64,000 nucleotides of DNA from an uncultured bacterium (lineage in GTDB: Bacteria > Oederibacteriota > PGYV01 > CAWJRG01). The notes under the pieces were generated by a model, which made no database searches, was not told the origin of the DNA, and saw only the letters and a program-made list of their open reading frames with translations. This document shows, one piece after another, positions 62,401-64,000 of the stretch. Location of the stretch: positions 448,001 through 512,000 of the forward strand of contig CAWJRG010000010.1 in the NCBI GenBank assembly GCA_963845185.1. The letters run 5' to 3'. Within the stretch, counting starts at the first letter, position 1. Each line of letters opens with the position of its first letter. The position numbers and the translations under genes were made by a program.

Positions 62401-64000
62401 GCCGATATGTTGAATTTCCTGTGGTACCAGGTTCCGTCAGCGTAAGCGCCAAGGTCCATGGAAGGATGGCACCTTACCCCGTTCTGGTCTATTATATAAG
62501 TTTGTGAAGCCTGGCCATAGTCCCTCATGTCGCCGAAAGAACCTGCGAACTCGGTCCCTGTGTAAAAATCCGCGCTCGATGACGGTACGAAAACGTCGTA
62601 TTCGAGGTAATTGTTGTTTGCTATCGCGGTGTTTGCCGGCTGCGATATGTAAATATAGACAAACTCGTATGTGTTTGCCGCTGTTAAATATGATGTCAAA
62701 AGCAGCGGCTGTCCGTATGAGGTGGCCGGTGTGATTACGTTTATATTGTTGCTGGTGCCTGATATTGACCCTGAAATTATGTCGGTAGCTGTTATTGTCT
62801 GTATTCCGTTTGTAATGAGTGTGGATGAGAAAATTCTGCTGCCCGAGTCTGAAAGCTGGAAACTGTAATCAGCAGGCAGTATTCCCGACCCGTCGGTTGA
62901 GGAAAAATGCACGGTACCCGTGTAATTGGTTATGACGTTTCCGTAAGCGTCCTGGGCTGTTACGACAAAATTAAACGCAACCCCGGAGTCGGCGGAAGAC
63001 GGTGCTGTCACAAGGAATTTTGCCAGTGCCCCGGCTATGACATTTATGTCGTTGCTTGTGCCGTTGATTGAAGCGTCGGTGATGTCCTGGCAGTGTATCC
63101 TCTGTATGCCGGTCGTCTTCATTGTAACTGCTAATATTTTTACCCCGTTATCCGCTGCCGTAAACTGGGTATCCCCCGGGGAAACCCAGTTTGAGTCTGT
63201 GGATGAAAAGCTTACTGTCCCTGTATAGCCGGTTGCCACGTCTCCATACGCGTCTTTTGCAGTGACCGTGATATAAAATACCTGCCCTGCTGTCACGGAT
63301 GACGGCGCGTTTATAATAAATCCAATTGCGTCTCCTGTTGTGACAAGTATGCTTGCCGTGCCTGTCATGCCCGTATCCACTGTGTCATTGCCCGTTATCG
63401 TTTGTGTCCCGGGTGTCATAAGCACAACCTGGAATATATGCGAACCTGCATCAGTCGCCGGCACGTATGCATAGTCATCCGGAAGCGTAAACACTGCCGC
63501 GCTTGTGGAAAGGTGCAGTGTCCCGGCATAATTGTCCGCCACTTCGTTTCCGTATATGGCGCTTGTCATTGCTGTGACTGTTATGTAAAAAGGCTGTCCC
63601 GCTTTCACCGTGGCAGGCGCTGTGATTATATAATGATCGTGGTCCTTTGTCGGTGTGGGAGTTACCGTGCAGGTTATTGTGTCTGTAAATGAAGGTGTAT
63701 ATGTTGGCGACATTGTGGAAGTTTGGCTATCAGTATATGTAAAAGTAGGGCTTGAAGTAATGGTATATGTGAATGTCCCTGTTACTGTAGCTGAAAAAGA
63801 AGGTGAAGCGCTGGGAGTGATTGTCGGCGTGGCAGTGTAAGTTCCTGTTATAGTGAATGTGCCTGTAAATGTTTCTGTGCAGGTAAAAGTCGGCGTACAG
63901 GTAAAAGTCAGGCTGGGCGTCTGGGTATATGTGAATGTTTCTGTAAAAGTCGCGGATATTGAATAAGTCGGCGTAAAGGAAGGCGTATATGTCGGTGTTT
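53499..64000 (-). CDS. Giant (>3490 aa, 5'-truncated by the window) surface protein: Ig/invasin-like repeats, 6 PPC-like repeats, paired jelly-roll domains, Thr-X stalks, C-terminal YPNP sorting domain
   Basis: The frame stays open to 64000. Motifs: 'TVTAxDAYGN..YTGTVxFSSTD' Ig repeats; 6x DxYEPDN..HSI...DVDWVKF; 2x SFYWKVSS..GSDxGWxD; 2x LTFLSWExTE..ISTDxGxxW..FRGWYxDDI; terminal VYPNP..IYTQSYRLVK. Confidence 0.88.
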   Translation of the reverse strand, partial: TPTYTPSFTPTYSISATFTETFTYTQTPSLTFTCTPTFTCTETFTGTFTITGTYTATPTITPSASPSFSATVTGTFTYTITSSPTFTYTDSQTSTMSPTYTPSFTDTITCTVTPTPTKDHDHYIITAPATVKAGQPFYITVTAMTSAIYGNEVADNYAGTLHLSTSAAVFTLPDDYAYVPATDAGSHIFQVVLMTPGTQTITGNDTVDTGMTGTASILVTTGDAIGFIINAPSSVTAGQVFYITVTAKDAYGDVATGYTGTVSFSSTDSNWVSPGDTQFTAADNGVKILAVTMKTTGIQRIHCQDITDASINGTSNDINVIAGALAKFLVTAPSSADSGVAFNFVVTAQDAYGNVITNYTGTVHFSSTDGSGILPADYSFQLSDSGSRIFSSTLITNGIQTITATDIISGSISGTSNNINVITPATSYGQPLLLTSYLTAANTYEFVYIYISQPANTAIANNNYLEYDVFVPSSSADFYTGTEFAGSFGDMRDYGQASQTYIIDQNGVRCHPSMDLGAYADGTWYHRKFNISALGGATYNQAELSQDTGNIGYNGAPSNKAGTFNAVFDNIQFKDSSGNVVKNFFSNFNTIPFNNTVMVDGNLAANQGNGGISTPAPINNYIWVVKDYSLAQSPAGNITADGASSCTITAHMYAPDNTAIGYAIFDFTSSRPEDIIAPVAVSLNTKAITDWSGNAFARVSSTKAGQANITVRGAHISKIITVNFIAGPASKVSLSPGTLSMQTGMTSTLYADITDQFGNFVSDTRNITVNSGSGTFQFSTDNGSTWSPSAVFQGTAIKSLLVRDSAPETVTVTASASGVLSGSSVIYVNNSQASYLVIHPVTSTSAAGNPYAIALQAKDSSGNNAFSNSVVQVSSVSSTMKFSVDQTTWSQSLNVTLNNGSANLYYMDTIVGNSKTITAHDSAGALTDGKAYATIVAGQAAILSATSNKYSVPAGQWVTITAQVTDLYGNPIVGQWVTGTAMVQTGKTQNAAIASLSNTTNASGQITIFFKVSTDATGSMDYCVIDSPGLLGTTITISASAAATHLAFLPAPMSQGADKIGTLYINAKDANGYDSPATVSPDYVTLTANSANVLFSLDKINWGTTVIAALDSSGAATVYVKSHYTGTYTLTAHDGHITDGTDTLTVVTGYFIMVSPSSNTTAAAGSFVTITAQVVDQNGNTIGMQGVLIDFSTNNGSISPLETSTDSSGKATALLQLSILSGVQHVVTVKMTNPDDTETSGIITTVPVVSFAVSAPASVYKGQPFTINVRAKDAYGATVDTYNNTVTFFSTDAAASLPADYKFALADAGVVAFTATLNTDGIFTITVKQTTDMSVTGTSPNILVIEPPTPTLTVTPTKTATSTYTYTPTATQTATGTATFTPTLTATGTWTGTETPSATGTSTATGTQTFTGTATFTPTDSPTYTQTQTFTETPTATATQTFTATPTDSPTVTQTITQTITQTFTPTMTFTETEPFTATATPTTTQTETLTASPSMTQTATYSETETSTATLTASPTLTSTIYLTFTFTNTPTVTTTATPTPTITLTQIPLDAYEYDGDYEHAKPIYPWQRQEHNIVPATDVDWLSFTLSASSDVIVETWGDAIDTEMWLYDSSGVAAGTYLAYDDDGGIGACSKIEEVLPAGTYYVKIQSYDNETIIPDYFVTMTIAGPDAYEPDNTYTQAKYIQNGETQIRSIFPMTDVDWIKFDVTTPSYVDIKTSGVSDEDTGDTVMWLYTSAGVPNTYLLYNDDIDGKGLGYDYFSEITGNLTQGTYYIRIQQYSQSEIIPYYNLSLNMTPITPTPTSTAVLPDMYEPDNTYLQAKTILSGVQQEHSINTPTDVDWVKFTVAVNSVVTINTSGVSGDTVIYLYNATGVPNTYLAMNNDDGLGFFSGLTETLGPGTYYVEVMQNGQNAIIPSYYLAVNINPITPTCTQTPVVGDMYENDDTFENAKVIVPGVTQTHSIHVPTDVDWVKFTLTQESMIHIWTSNTLGDTEMYLYNDVGVPTTYLAYDDNSGGGFCSSITMTLPPGIYYAEVNEKGKNQTIDSYNLDLNVLAVTPTSTQTPVPPDIYEPDNVYTSASWIYTGTPQTHSIDNPADTDWVKFTIGSQGTVNITTSGASGATSMWLYSSSGVPVTPIASDIEQSGFAGITRMLGPGTYYAEVQETGQNAVIPQYTITLNVSQFTATITVTYTVTPTSTPQGELDSYEYDGDYLHANYIYNGVPQIHSIYPVGDVDWVKFTLTYPSDIVISSIGPGQSGDTGLYLYTAAGAATGTYLLYDDDSGGMGVWSLISTTLQPGTYYAEVVSVYKYYGMPQTIPEYTLSLSVVILSTPTSTITPAVSATPTFTITKTATQTIIATPTVTLTPTMSLNQALDNYSLTFTTMGNSQWAGEGSVYYYNGGAAQSGAIGSNMQTYLQTTTTGPGMISFYWKVSSQPASGLLDFYIDNTKIQEISGNVDWQQFSYLVPDGVHTLTWEYSKDSSSPAGSDAGWVDEVVFTYMTPTNTPALTSTGTQTITPTATATIDFATAVDCPGTVFSSYGAAAWFGEASTYYYGGSAGQSGHVTASQYSYVETDYAGPGNLSFYWKVSSQLNSDYLELFIDGVLTSSISGEAGWTLQTYTLGAGDHVIRWMYTKDASGDAGSDCGWIDKVSYSQYTMTVTYSNTPTMTITRTSTISPTFTITPIGGSYTATGLWHQVPDSQTPPGRTSPSPDSWYYGLDSTLTYDTGARNTGDLIGPVYYNIAPGSSLTFLSWEQTENSPYYDTRNVYISTDGGTTWAQIYNLFGIENVWHQVTIDLSAYVGQNVRFKFTFDTVDAYANDYRGWYLDDITLAGPTPTITPTGTFTGTSTSTVYVSATNTRTLTSSITPSVTGTMSSTLTWTPTFTPSITSTMSSTPTYTPTCTSTVIILGLWHQVPDSEAPGGDPSTSPLVWYYGIDSTLTYDTGDRTYGSMITQAYYNIQAGSYLTFLSWEETEDSPDYDLRNIYISTDMGASWVKIDNLYGTEDVWYQVAIPLSAYAGQDVMFRFEFDSVDGYANDFRGWYVDDISVIVPTATATNTGTVTSTPPPTETYTATETLTVTETGVCSPTYTPTATQTETESPVLSETPTYTYTPTATETEFDSPTYTATETQTETESPVVSETPTYTETPTSTETEVCSPTGTFTISPTSTESPIVSETPTYTLTVTETEVCSPTYTFTISPTSTESPIVSETPTYTETPTPTETEVCSPTDTFTISPTSTESPIVSETPTYTETPTWTITLTGTPTATDTSTATGTNTSTPTDTYTVTMTETMTKTFIMTRTSSMTPTGTFTITPTYTQTYSSTPTSSFTGTATITETYSYTATISQTMTGTYSYTATMTLTLTPSETQTATGTVPSATQSIVVTVTPTTAATQSSFEVNDQKVYPNPILVQRGGNFMVSYYLTQDVNDAYMMIYTQSYRLVKRIQLSGYDTAGLKIKPEDVSQFNSFASSSCYYYIEASGVNGRKARSKIKCIIIFK
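54228..54770 (-). repeat. Intragenic tandem repeat of about 100-110 bp (SPTxTFTISPTSTESPIVSETPTYTETPTxTETEVC), about 5 copies
   Basis: Near-identical DNA units such as GGCGTCTCGGACACGATTGGGCTTTCCGTGCTTGTCGGCGATATTGTGAATGT recur. Confidence 0.8.

Overview
Bacterial accessory region, almost all on the minus strand; no rRNA, tRNA or CRISPR seen. (1) 1-11.8 kb: three paralogous secreted NHL beta-propeller proteins with Thr-X stalks (two are frameshifted; two show a T9SS-type/FlgD-Ig-like C-terminal domain), plus sui1/yciH and an uncalled 28-aa zinc-knuckle microprotein. (2) 17-51.7 kb: a dispersed xyloglucan/hemicellulose utilisation region with 2x GH74, GH44, GH31-PA14, GH35-CBM35, GH29-CBM35, GH62, a clan GH-A enzyme, a GalT-GalK fusion, a sugar ABC binding protein and two CBM-like lipoproteins. 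No SusC/SusD or TonB-dependent receptor is present in the window; there are two tandem SLH-coiled-coil-beta-barrel (OmpM-like) outer-membrane proteins. (3) Two apparently identical 1614-bp IS1182-family elements, each at the centre of an AGAGAC-N12-GTCTCT palindrome that mimics the element's own abutted ends. (4) Several REP-like palindrome families, an IS110 remnant and N-terminal gene stubs. (5) The 3' 10.5 kb of a >3490-aa surface protein that runs off the window. Gene content and the Thr-X linkers suggest candidate phylum Goldbacteria or a relative (inference only). All family calls are motif recognition by eye; no searches were run.
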